A program made the translations under genes and the position numbers. A DNA stretch of 64,000 nt from NCBI RefSeq assembly GCF_011386835.1, contig NC_088802.1, forward strand, positions 496,001 to 560,000, written 5' to 3'. The notes beneath the pieces were generated by a model. That model was not told where the DNA came from. It saw nothing but the letters and a program-made list of their open reading frames with translations, and did no database searches. Origin of the DNA: Chrysemys picta bellii (lineage: Eukaryota). Position 1 is the stretch's first letter. Each line of letters opens with the position of its first letter. Below are positions 1 to 11,760 of this stretch, piece by piece.

Positions 1-46
1 GGAGGGAGCCCAGCCGGCACCGGAGCGTGTCCATCAGGAAGCGGCC
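1..46 (-). CDS. Candidate SYNGAP1 exon (5' part only, runs off window), possible partner of the 5010-5033 first exon
   Basis: Minus strand: pyrimidine-rich tract ...cgcctgtcactctgtcag| then GGC CGC TTC CTG ATG GAC ACG CTC CGG TGC CGG CTG GGC TCC CTC (GRFLMDTLRCRLGSL), open in phase 0 and phase 1. Not recognisable as a canonical human exon. Confidence 0.3.
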
Positions 47-472
47 CTGACAGAGTGACAGGCGATTGATGGACAAGCAAGCTGGGAGGCTGCGGGAGCA
101 TGTGAGCAGAATGAGAACCAAAGGGAAACAATTAATGTCAAAGAGACACTCGCTCCAGTTAACCCTTCACCTCCCACAACACTACCACCGAGGACCCTCA
201 CCATCCGCCCCCAGAGACCAAAATCCCCCCACATCCATCCCCAGAGATGGCTCACGCTCTGTCCATCCCCAGACAGATCCACCATCCACCCCTCCAAACA
301 CACTATATATACCAATCTGTCTAGCAAAGACATAGCTAGAGTCCTGATTGTCCATCATCCCTCAGTAAATGTCTGTCCATCACCATACTTCCTGTTCCCC
401 ACACATACACGCCAAGCCACTGACCTAAGCACTCATCCTTCCACAACATCCATCCATCCCTGTATGCACCGT

Positions 473-733
473 CAGGGCCGGCTCCAGGGTTTTTGCCGCC
501 CCAAGCAGCCAAAAAAAAAAAAAAAAAAGCCGCGATCGCGATCCGTGGCACTTCCGTCGCCACTCTACTGCCGCCGCTTCATTCTTCAGCGGCAATTCGG
601 CGGCAGGTCCTTCCCACTGAGAGGGACCGAGGGACCCGCCGCTGAATTGCCCCCTAAGAGCTGGACATGCTGCCCCCTTCCATGTGCCGCCCCAAGCACC
701 AGCTTGCTACGCTGGTGCCTGGAGCCAGCCCTG
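473..733. mobile_element. hAT-type non-autonomous MITE
   Basis: TIRs CAGGGCCGGCTCCAGG / CCTGGAGCCAGCCCTG (15/16); perfect 8-bp TSD TGCACCGT at 465-472 and 734-741. Confidence 0.9.
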
Positions 734-743
734 TGCACCGTTC

Positions 744-1665
744 TATCCATTCATCCCTGCAACACCATCTATCTCCATGCACACCCACTATCCTTCACCA
801 TGCACCCTCCTTCACACACATCTACCTATCCATTCATTCATCCCCGTACACCCCTCCAACACCATCTATCTCCATGCACACCCACTATCCTTCACCATGC
901 ACCCTCCTTCACCCACATCTACCTATCCATTCATTCATCCCCGTACACCCCTCCAACACCATCTATCTCCATGCACACCCACTATCCTTCACCATGCACC
1001 CTCCTTCACACACATCTACCTATCCATTCATGCATCCCCGTACACCCCTCCAACACCATCTATCTCCATGCACAGCCCTCCATTCAGCACCATGCACCCT
1101 CCTTCACACACATCTACCTATCCCAGGGGTGGCCAACCTGTGGCTCCGGAGCCACAAGTGGCTCTTCAGAAGTTAATATGCCGCTCCTTGTATAGGCACC
1201 GACTCCAGGGCTGGAGCTACAGGTGCCAACTTTTCAATGTGTCAGGGGGTGCTCCCTGCTCAACCCCTGGCTCTACCACAGGCCCTGCCCCAACTCCACC
1301 CCTTCCTGCCCCCTCCCCTGAGCCTGCTGTGCCCTCATTCCTCCCTCCTCTCCCCGCAGAGCCTCCTGCATGCCACGAAACAGCTAATTGGGAGGTCCAG
1401 GGAGGGATGGTGAGGTGCTGTGGCAGGGCTGCCGGTGGGTGGGAGGCACTGGGAGCAGGGTGCAGGAGCTGATGGGGGGCTGCTGACGTATTACTGTGTC
1501 TCTTTGGCAATGTACATTGGTTAATTCTGGCTCCTTCTCAGGCTCAGGTTGGCCACCCCTGACCTATCCGTCCATTCATCCCTATACACCCCTCCAACAC
1601 CATCTATCTCCATGCACACCCCTCCATCTGTCACTATGCACTCTCCTTCACACACATCTACCTAT
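744..1665. repeat. ~95-bp tandem repeat interrupted by a MITE
   Basis: Unit tatccattcattcatccccgtacacccctccaacaccatctatctccatgcacacccactatccttcaccatgcaccctccttcacacacatctacc, about 4 copies before 1124 and one more after 1561. Confidence 0.85.
1124..1561. mobile_element. hAT-type non-autonomous MITE
   Basis: Perfect 17-bp TIR CAGGGGTGGCCAACCTG; perfect 8-bp TSD ACCTATCC at 1116-1123 and 1562-1569. Confidence 0.92.
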
Positions 1666-3579
1666 TCCTCCAAATCCAGCCAACTTTCTATCCCTCACCA
1701 CCCTACACACCCATCAATACGATCTCTGTATCTGTGTCTGGTTTCACCCTTCTATCCATCCATCCCGACACACACCTCTGTATCCATCCATCCCTTCTGC
1801 CGCCCCTCCCTCACACCATCTACCTGCACAGCACTCCAGCCCTCCACCACCACTGTCATTCCCAGCTGTCCAGCCACCCCAACACCAGTGAAGTCTGACC
1901 CTTCAGCCCCATTACTCCTAGGTCTGATCCATCCACATGAAGGCAGTAGCAGAATGGGGAGGTGGGGAGAATATTTTCCAGCCTAGAGCCTTGCCCCTCT
2001 CTCCAGACCCCCAGCTTCCCTTCGCTCTGCCTCCCCATCCAGTGCACCCTAAACTGCTGTGTGCTCTCCCCACCCCCCATGCAGAGATAGGGCTTCCCAT
2101 AACCTCAGAAAGGAGACAAGCATGACAAGGTAAAACCTGCTCACCCACGCCAGGTCACGCACGTCCCTCCCCATCTTCCCTCTGACCCCTGGGATCCTGG
2201 CCCTAAGGAGCACCCCTGCGGGATGGCAGCATCCCCATCACCATCACCCCGCAGACAGCCTTGGCCAGCACTCACCCCCCAGAGCACTGCATAGCTGCAT
2301 GGAGAGGAGGCCAATTCCAGCTGGCTTTGCACGGGGCTCCCCGTCCCTCTTCACCACCCTAATGAGGCAGGGGCAGAGTTAAGGAGCGCAAGCCTTTGTG
2401 AACTGGGGAAACGGTATCTTAGCGCTGCCCCTGCACAGCACAAGCACTGGTCAGAGGCTCATTCAGCAGCCTTTGGGCCACCCAGTGGGGCAGACACAGC
2501 AAATCCCAAGGTGGGGCAGGGGGCATGATGGGAGGCAGGGCACAGAGATGAATTGGGGTGGGAGGCAGCAGGGAGGGTACACCCCAGAGGACTGCATCCT
2601 CAGCCCTTCACCTGGGTTATACTACAGACTCGTGCTGGCCTGACAACCCCCGCAAACAGTGAAGCTGCCTGAGACTGCAGCAGAGCTTGGGACACTAACC
2701 CTGAACCCTACAGAGGGTGAGTGGAAGGTCTGGGAACTATTTCCAAGCTGAGCCAGGATTAGGCAGTGCTAGCCACACTGGTGGGGCTCCCCTTCTCCGA
2801 GCCATGCTCCCCAAACTCTCTTCCAGCACCTATGACCCCTAGCAGGCAGCTCCAATCCCACCCAACAAGTGCCGGCATCCCTGCAGAGCAGCCCCACCCT
2901 AGAACATGGGCTGGGCAGCCACACTCCATCCTGCCCAGTCTGGATCCCCGCCAACCAGCCTGGCAGCCCAGAACCCTGCAGCTAGTACAGCCACAGCCCC
3001 CCTCCTCAATTCCGCTACCGACTCCATACCCAGCACGGGGATGCAGCTGCCTCTGGGGTGGGGCTCAGGGGCTGGGCATACAGCGATCCCTCAAAATGCA
3101 GACAACTCTGGTGTGGGACAGGGACTACACAGCTGGAACAGTAACCAAAAGCTCACCCCCAAAGAGAAAAGCAGCAGGAATTTTAAGGAATCTCCAGGAT
3201 GGAACAGAGCATGTCCCACCGCACATGGCTCAACACTGCCTGCCATGGCGAGCGCCCCCTACTGAGCCCTGCCCCCACCCCACTCCATGCAGCACACTAG
3301 GGCAAGCACTGACAGTGAGGGAGGAGCATCCCTCCCCCCAGCTTTCCAGGTGAGCTCTCCCCCCTGCAGGCTCCCCTGGCATGGCCTGTCCAGGCTCCTC
3401 CCCCCCAGACCAGCTGCTATCCCTGCGACCTCATTCACACCTGCCCTGGGGAAGAGACCAGGCTCCCAGAGCTGCTATTGGACCCACAACCCTGCACACC
3501 CCACCCTATGGCTGGCAGCGCTGCACCACCTCTGGACATGTGGGCTGCTCCAACCCCCACCCCACATTGCAGCAGCTAC

Positions 3580-4418
3580 ACCCAGATACACAACCACACA
3601 CACACACACACACACACAACCCTACACAACCTTGCCCCACAGCCATAACCCTATATACCAACACACAGCCACAACCAGGCGCACACCCCTATGCAGAAAG
3701 GCAATCCCCCAACCCTGTATGAACCACACACAGAGACACAACCTTATACATTCTACACACAGACACACAAGCAGAGGCATAACTCTAAGCACACTCACAA
3801 CTGTATACTCACAACTCACAACTCTCTTTCACACACATACACACACACTCTAACAGAGACACAACACTATACACACAAGATACAATTATATGCAGGCACA
3901 TATACCCCAGACACACGGACACACACGCAGTAGCTGTAGGAACGGCCACTTCAGCCAAGCCAGAAGTGGAAAGGAGATGTGAATGGGGCGAGTGGGCCAT
4001 ACACACATACATCCCCAGAGGGAGAGAAACAAGCCACAATACACAGGCACACACTTGTGCACTCACACAGGGAAAGAGTCACACACTGAGAGAACCCTAC
4101 TGACACGCAATCACACCCGCAGACACACATAATCACACTGACAGTCAATGGTACACAACCCTACATACACCCACACAGAGATACGGAGACAGACACAATT
4201 TTACCATCCCACAGGGAGAGAGACGCACCGACACACAACCTTTACATACACACTGAAATGGTCACACGCTTGCATGCACACACAATCCAATATGCACTCA
4301 CCAGCATGGACTTGAACACACAACCCTCCAAACACACCCAGACACAAGCACAGAGAACCCTACACACACAGAGACAAGCCCACAGACACAAAGTAGCACA
4401 CACTGACTGGCAGTCTGT

Positions 4419-4449
<31 letters not shown>

Positions 4450-4925
4450 TGACAGACGCACACGCTGACACAGCCACAATTACACAATCTTGCACACGCT
4501 GACATGGCCGCGCACACACGCAGCTTGGCCACACTCTCTCTGACACAATCACACAATCCCCTCACTTGCACACAGATACAATCGCAGCCCTCTCCTCATA
4601 CACTGCCACCAGCAGGGGCACACACAACCTGACACATACAATGACACAAGCTGCAGCCTGACACTGACACACAAATCCTTGCACACATAGGCACACTGAC
4701 ACACACGGCAGCCTGACTCTCACACACACCCCAACACACACACAATCTGACACAGACATCCTGACACACACATCCTTGCACACACAGGCACACTGACACA
4801 CACGGCAGCCTGACACACACACCCCTACACACACACTCTGACACACGCGCCCTTGCACAAGTACACCCACACAACCTGGTGCACACACACACTGACACAC
4901 ACATCCGCACGCGCACACACACAGT
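3580..4925. repeat. Degenerate CA-rich microsatellite tract
   Basis: Long ACAC/CACAG-rich low-complexity run with pure (CA)n cores near 3600 and 4420. Confidence 0.85.
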
Positions 4926-5400
4926 CTCGCCCCCCCCCCAGCAGGGACGCGCCGCGCGCGCCCCAGCTGCCGCCTCCCACACGCCGCCGCCCCCGCGCCC
5001 GCCGCTCACCTGGGCCCGGCGCCCCGGCCCCATGATCCCGCGCGGCCGGTGCGGGGCCCCGCTCCTAGCGCCCCATGCCCGGGCCCCGGCGGCTCCGGTG
5101 CGGCGGCGGCGCGCGCGGCTGGGCGGCTCCGGGGCCGGCGCTCGCCTCCAGCATCCCGCACGCCGCGCGGTTGCTAGGAGACGCGCTGCCGTTTCCTCGG
5201 CCGCCGCCAACCCGGGGCCAGCGCGCCGCGCGCAACGCGCGCCTCGTGCCGGCGCGGGGTTAACCCCTGCGGGGCCGGGGGGCGGCGCGGGGCCACCTCC
5301 CCCCACCCGCCCACGTCGCCCGCGCGCCAGCCCTGCCTCCCCCCGCGCCGGCACCGCGCGCAGCCCCCCCCTGGGGAGAGTCCCGCCCCCGCACGCTTCC
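4925..5400 (-). promoter_or_regulatory. CpG island, candidate internal SYNGAP1 promoter
   Basis: Very high CpG/GC density, GC boxes, and a Kozak ATG followed by a consensus splice donor on the minus strand. Confidence 0.7.
5010..5033 (-). CDS. Candidate alternative first coding exon of SYNGAP1 (MGPGRRAQ)
   Basis: gggatcATGG (A at -3, G at +4), 8 codons, donor CAG|GTGAGC in phase 0, inside the CpG island downstream of exon 3. Confidence 0.5.
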
Positions 5401-7250
5401 CCCCCCCGCCTCCTGCCCCCTCCGCGGAGCCCTCCCTCGGAGAGTCCTGCCCCCCACGATCATAGTGCCCCCCAGGCCTCCTGCCCCCCCCGCGATCATA
5501 GTGCCCCCGAGGCCTCCTGCCCCCCCCGCGATCATAGTGCCCCCGAGGCCTCCTGTCCCCGTCCCCCCCCCGCGGAGAGTCCTGCCCCCCACGATCATAG
5601 TGCCCCCCAGGCCTCCTGCCCCCCCCGCGATCATAGTGCCCCCCAGGCCTCCTGTCCCCCCCCCCCCCCCGCGGAGAGTCCTGCCCCCCACAATCATAGT
5701 GCCCCCCAGGCCTCCTGTCCCCCCCCGCGGAGAATCCTGCCCCCCACGATCATAGTGCCCCCCAGGCCTCCTGTCCCCCCCCGCGGAGAATCCTGCCCCC
5801 CACAATCATAGTGCCCCCCAGGCCTCCTGTCCCCCCCCGCGGAGAATCCTGCCCCCCACGATCATAGTGCCCACCAGGCCTCCTGTCCCCCCCCACGGAG
5901 AATCCTGCCCCCCACAATCATAGTGCCCCCCAGGCCTCCTGTCCCCCCCCGCGGAGAATCCTGCCCCCCACGATCATAGTGCCCCCCAGGCCTCCTGTCC
6001 CCCCCCGCGGAGAATCCTGCCCCCCACGATCACAGTGCCCCCCAGGCCTCCTGTCCCCCCCGCGGAGAGTCCTGCCCCCCCGCGATCATAGTGCCCCCCA
6101 GGCCTCCTGCCCCCCCCCGCGATCATAGTGCCCCCCAGGCCTCCTGTCCCCCCCCGCGGAGAGTCCTGCCCCCCACAATCATAGTGCCCCCCAGGCCTCC
6201 TGTCCCCCCCCACGGAGAATCCTGCCCCCCACGATCATAGTGCCCCCCAGGCCTCCTGTCCCCCCCCACGGAGAATCCTGCCCCCCACGATCATAGTGCC
6301 CCCCAGGCCTCCTGCCCCCCCCCCCCCGCGGAGAGTCCTGCCCCCCACAATCATAGTGCCCCCCAGGCCTCCTGTCCCCCCCCACGGAGAATGCTGCCCC
6401 CCACGATCATAGTGCCCACCAGGCCTCCTGTCCCCCCCCCCCGCCCGCGGAGAGTCCTGCCCCCCACAATCATAGTGCCCCCCAGGCCTCCTGTCCCCCC
6501 CCACGGAGAATCCTGCCCCCCACGATCATAGTGCCCACCAGGCCTCCTGTCCCCCCCCCCACGGAGAGTCCTGCCCCCCACAATCATAGTGCCCCCCCAG
6601 GCCTCCTGTCCCCCCCCACGGAGAATCCTGCCCCCCACGATCATAGTGCCCCCCAGGCCTCCTGCCCCCCCCCGCGATCATAGTGCCCCCCCAGGCCTCC
6701 TGCCCCCCCCCCACGGAGAGTCCTGCCCCCCACGATCATAGTGCCCCCCAGGCCTCCTGCCCCCCCCCGCGATCATAGTGCCCCCCAGGCCTCCTGTCCC
6801 CCCCCCGCGGAGAGTCCTGCCCCCCACAATCATAGTGCCCCCCAGGCCTCCTGTCCCCCCCCACGGAGAATCCTGCCCCCCACGATCATAGTGCCCACCA
6901 GGCCTCCTGTCCCCCCCCCGCGGAGAGTCCTGCCCCCCCGCGATCATAGTGCCCCCCAGGCCTCCTGTCCCCCCCGCGGAGAGTCCCGCCCCCGCACGCT
7001 TCCCCCCCCCCCCGGCCTCCTGCCCCCTCCGCGGAGCCCTCCCGCAGAGAGTCCTGCCCCCCACGATCATAGTGCCCCCCCAGGCCTCCCCGCACAGCCC
7101 CCCCCGCGATCACAGTGCACCCCCAGGCTTCCTGTCCCCCCCGCACAGCCCCCCCCCGCGGAGAGTCCTGCCCCCCTGCGATCATAGTGCCCCCCAGGCC
7201 TCCTGTCCCCCCCCCGCGATCATAGTGCCCCCCCAGGCCTCCTGCCCCCC
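5345..7250. repeat. GC-rich VNTR with ~57-bp and ~32-bp sub-units
   Basis: Unit cctcctgtccccccccgcggagaatcctgccccccacgatcatagtgccccccagg repeated; bounding motif gagagtcccgcccccgcacgcttcc... occurs at ~5376 and ~6979. Confidence 0.95.
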
Positions 7251-8499
7251 CCTCACAAGGCACTTGTCCTCTCATGCTCATATTCCCACCCCCAGAGAGG
7301 GCACCTGCCCCCCTCCACATTACCCCCATAACCTTCCTGCTCCCCCACATCCCTCCCACAGAAGGCACCTGTCCCCCATGCTCATATTTCCCCCCACCAC
7401 GAGACTTGTCCCCCACATTCATATTGCCCTCCACAGGCCTCTGCCCCCCCCATATCCGCTCCACAGAGACACCTTCCCCCCATACATAGCCCCCACAGAG
7501 ACCTGCTCATATTGCCCCCACCGAAGGCATCTTCCCCCATGCTCATATTCCCCCAACGCTATCACCACATGCAACGCGCCTCCTCAGAGAACATCCATCC
7601 CACATCCCGCCCCCCCCCCGCCCAGAAAACACCTGCAGCCCCTTCCCCTGCACTCACTCGCTAATGGAAAGCACTCCCCCTCCCCCTGCAGCTGCCTCTC
7701 TCCCCACTCACTTCCCTCAAAGGAGGCAAGGTGGGGCCTCTCACACATCTCATCGGCCACCCAAAGAAGCCACCCCCCCCCATTGACAACAGCCACCAAC
7801 CCCCCCACCCCATGTTCAAATACACCCCTGCCCGACTCACCCGTTCCGCCCTACCTGCTATGCCCGTCATCCTGGGACACCAAGTGTTAGGGGACCGGCC
7901 TGAAGGAACAGCACCGAGGGCTGGAGGAGGGGGTCACGGGAGGGAAGATGGCGGTGGCTTAGGGGGACCAGGCAGGAGGTGGCACTGGGGGTGGGGGCAG
8001 CATGACAGGAGCTGGACAGGGCCTATGGGGGGAACATGGGTGCAGCAGGCAGGGCAGGAGCTGGTCAGGGAAAATGGGGGGCACAACATAGAGGAAGGCA
8101 GTGACAATGGGGAACAGTTAGGGTGAGCACGAAGTGGGGCAAGAGGTGGGGGTGACCTGGGGAGCGGGGGGGGGGGGGAGAACTTGGGCAGTTCAGGGAG
8201 CCTTGGGGGGCAGGGTGAGGGGGTGGGTGTGACAAGGGGGCTGTCAGGAGAGGTGCAGGAGGGAAATCCCAGCTGTTCCCTGGGTGAGTCCAATGGGACC
8301 CCACAAATGCCCTAACCTTTTGTCTGCATCCTGACCCAACCATTCAATCCCACCCACAAACCATAGCCCAACTCTCCAATTTATCACCCCAGCCGTAATC
8401 CCACCCCCTCAGCCTTAATCATAACCTATAGCTCGTCTTCAGCCTGTCACCCTGCCCTCCCTTAACCCAACTCCAAACTCTTCAAGCCCCACAGAAACC

Positions 8500-9430
8500 C
8501 TACCAGGCTACTTTAAACTGGTTCAGTGAAACCCAGCCTGCTGTGTGCAGGGACGGTCTAATAACAGTTTCAAACTGCCTACAGCGGTTTAGTTTTGCAC
8601 CACAAAACTAAACTGCTATAAACCAGGTTTAAAACCACAGAAGCAGCCACACACACAGCAGCACTGGTTTTCACTGGTTTTACACTGGTTAAACACAGTG
8701 TAAAATCGACTCCATTTAGGCCATGTCTTCACTGCACACAAGGTGTGGTTTTACAGCAAGCTTTCTCACTGTAAGATCCTAGTGGGGACAAGGTCCGGGT
8801 ACTTTTTAGCTGGCTGGAGTGAGGCATGGTCAGCCCTACACCCTCATGCCCTGGGTGCATCTTCACTTGGAAAAATTGTGTGCTGTTAACTCAAGTTAGC
8901 TACCATATCTACCTAGCTCAGGCTAGGAGTGGGGGATGTGAGTAGGTGTTGGCTAACAATCAACATCTTGGAAAAGTCTCTGCCTTTAAACACATATCAA
9001 ACTAGGGACAAGGGGTTTTCTCCATATAGGTGACAGTCCTAGTGCAAACAGGATAAGTGCAGTTTCAATCTGTATTAGCAAGCAGAGGTAACCAGGAACA
9101 GGGGCTGCGTTCTTAAATTAGCTAACGCAGGTTAGAACAACAGTGGATGTGGCAGCTCAGGTTTTAAGGTAGTGTAGCACTCGAGTTAAAGCTGCCAGAG
9201 AGCCATGGTTGAACTCACGCTGAGAACCCATGTTAAAAGCCAAGGTGCCGTGTCTTCACTGCTATTTTACCCCAGTGTAGGTAATTGGAGTTAAGAACAC
9301 ACTTTTTTTGTTGTGCAAACACACTCTTAGGACTGGCTAGTGTACACAGTCCCAGAACTAGGCTACAACTGTCTGCGTCTAAGTTAGCCGAGGTAACACC
9401 CACCCATCCTCACCCGCACAGACATGGCCT
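8500..9430. mobile_element. Cluster of old palindromic MITE remnants (possibly PIF/Harbinger-like)
   Basis: Repeated ggccatgtcttcact / agtggggac / gtgtacac-type ends and a 15-bp hairpin agcggtttagttttg...caaaactaaactgct at 8583-8617; boundaries approximate. Confidence 0.45.
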
Positions 9431-10269
9431 TAGTGCGAACACTCCACAAAGATCTTCCACGAGAGGAACATTTGTCCCCGGTCACAGTCCCTATGAGGTG
9501 GAGGTTACATGTGTTCAGTGTCTGCACCAGGATTCACCATCACATTCATCTGCTTGAGTTAACTAGCAACCACTCAGGAGATGTTACAGCATGATCCAAA
9601 CCTCTACTGGGCCCTAAACTTTACCCTTCCTCCATGGTTACCCATATCTGTAACCCTAATGCCTAGACCTGTATAGATAACTCATACACCCCAACCCCTT
9701 ACCGTAGTCCATAACCTCACCCCTAAATTAACCCCCTGCTTTTAAACCTTAACCTAACTCTTACCCCATAACTCCTACCCCTACCCACCTGAACCTTAAC
9801 CCTAACTCCTCGCCCCTCACCATAGCCAACGACTCACCCCTAACCCTATCCCCTCCATCTGAACCCAAATCCCTGCCCCTGTGCCTGTGCCTCCACCCTA
9901 ACTTCTCCCCTACCTCTCACCCACCAATCCCCAGCTCCATGGCTGCGCCAAGCGATGCTCCTCCCCAGTGTGTTCAGGAGACCCAGGCATCTGCAGCAGG
10001 GCCTCCGGATGTTGGGGGAGGACAGGCCTGCAAGGACATGCTGACTGAGGGAGTGGAGTAGGGGGAAAAACAGCCTTGAGAATGGAGGGGAGATTGGCAG
10101 AGATGAGTGACCCCAAAGGAAAGAGCTGGGCCAAGCCAGCCACAGATGCCTCAACCCTAGAGCTCTGGAGGGTCCCATGATCAGCAGGGTTACAAGCTGG
10201 ATGGGAAAGATCCCATCCATGCTGCAAGGAACCAGGTCGGGGGGCGCTTTCCACTGGCAGTCAGTGCTG

Positions 10270-10460
10270 ATCCTACTGCGGCACTAGGGGCCCTGTGCTG
10301 CGCGGGGAGGGGGGGGGCAGGGAGTGTGGCGGGAGCACTGTACTGTGGGGGGCAGAGGACTCAGAAGGGGGCGCTGTGCTGCATGGCACAGGGGGCTCAG
10401 CTGGGGGAGCTCTCCCCTGGCAGTCAGTGCTGATCCCAGTGCAGTGCTAGGAGGTGCTGT

Positions 10461-10499
<39 letters not shown>

Positions 10500-11300
10500 T
10501 GTGTGCAATGGGGGTGCTGTGCAGCATGGCACTTGGGGGCTCAGCAGGGGGCACCAGGCTGTGGGGTGCCTAGGGGGGCTCAGCAGGGGGTGCCGGGCTG
10601 CAGAGCGTGAGAGTGTAATAGGGGGTACTGTGCTGTGTGGTACCGGGGGGCTCAGCAGGGGGTACCGGGCTGTGGGGCACCGGGGGGTCAGCAGGGGGCA
10701 CTGGGGGGGCTCAACAGGGGGTACCAGGCTGTGGGGCACTGGGAGAGTTCAGCAGGGGGCACCGGGGTGCAGAGAGTGAGAGTGCAGCAGCTGCCAGGCT
10801 GCGTGGCACTGAGGGACTCAGCAGGGGGTTCTGGGCTGTGGGGTGCTTGGGGGGGCTCAGTAGGGGGCACTTTGCTGCATGGTGCCGAGGAGCTCAGCAG
10901 GCAGCACCGGGCTGCAGAGAGTGCAATAGGGGGTGCTATGCTGCGTGGTGCCCAGAGGCTCAGCAGGTGGTACCAGGCTGTGGGGCGCAGGGGGGCTCAG
11001 CAGGGGGCACCAGGCTGCATGGCGCTGAGGGGCTCAGCGGGGGCGCCAGGTGTGGGGCATCAGGGGAGCTCAGTAGGGGGGCACCAGGCTGTGTGGCACC
11101 GAAGGGGCTCAGCAGGGGGTGCCAGGCTGCAGAGAGTGAGTGCAATAGGTGGTGCTGTGCTGCGGGGCACCGGGGGCTCAGCAGGGGGCGCTGGGGTGCA
11201 GGGGGCTCAACAGGGGGTGCCGGGCTGTGGGGCACCAGGAGGGGCTCAGCAGGGGGCGCTGGGCTGCACAGCGCCGGGTGGGAGGCTCACCGGGGGACGC
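10270..11300. repeat. Degenerate G-rich minisatellite
   Basis: Recurring gggggctcagcagggggcaccaggctgtggggc with a (GA)n core at ~10467-10497. Confidence 0.8.
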
Positions 11301-11604
11301 CGGGCTGCAGGGCACAGGATGGGTGCTGGGGTTGTTTCATCCCCACGGCAGCGAGGCTGCGTCACCTCCCTTCATCTCTCCTTGGGGTTTCCATGGAAAC
11401 CTTTTAAGCCAACTTCTCAGGGAGACAAATTTCTTTTTTTAAATGCTGAGAGGAAAGGGGGAGGGGGTATGTTAGTGCATGCGGGACTCTGGGGGGGCCC
11501 AAGCCTGAGGAGGGGAGGGGGGAGCTGAGGAGTCAGGGGGGCAGACACAGGACACCAGCCTGACTCCTCCACATTCCCTCCCCCCTCACGCTGCTCTGAA
11601 GGGC

Positions 11605-11760
11605 TGTGGGGTCTAGTGGGTTAGAACCGGGGTGGGGGGCCCACTGGGAGCCAGGACTCCTGGGTTCTCTCCCCGGCTCTAGGAGGGGAGTGGGGGCTAG
11701 TGGATTAGAGCAGGGGGGCAGAGAGCCAGGACTCCTGGGTTCTATCCCTGGTTCTGGGAA
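11605..11760 (+). repeat. Two tandem tRNA-like (SINE-head) 75-bp units
   Basis: tctagtgggttagaa/gc ... ggagccaggactcctgggttctctccc, same family as the array at 32949-33280. Confidence 0.7.

Noticed and set aside
4596-7890. Multiple 100-310 aa ORFs on both strands
   Set aside because: Products of the CpG island and VNTR; periodic translations in all frames.
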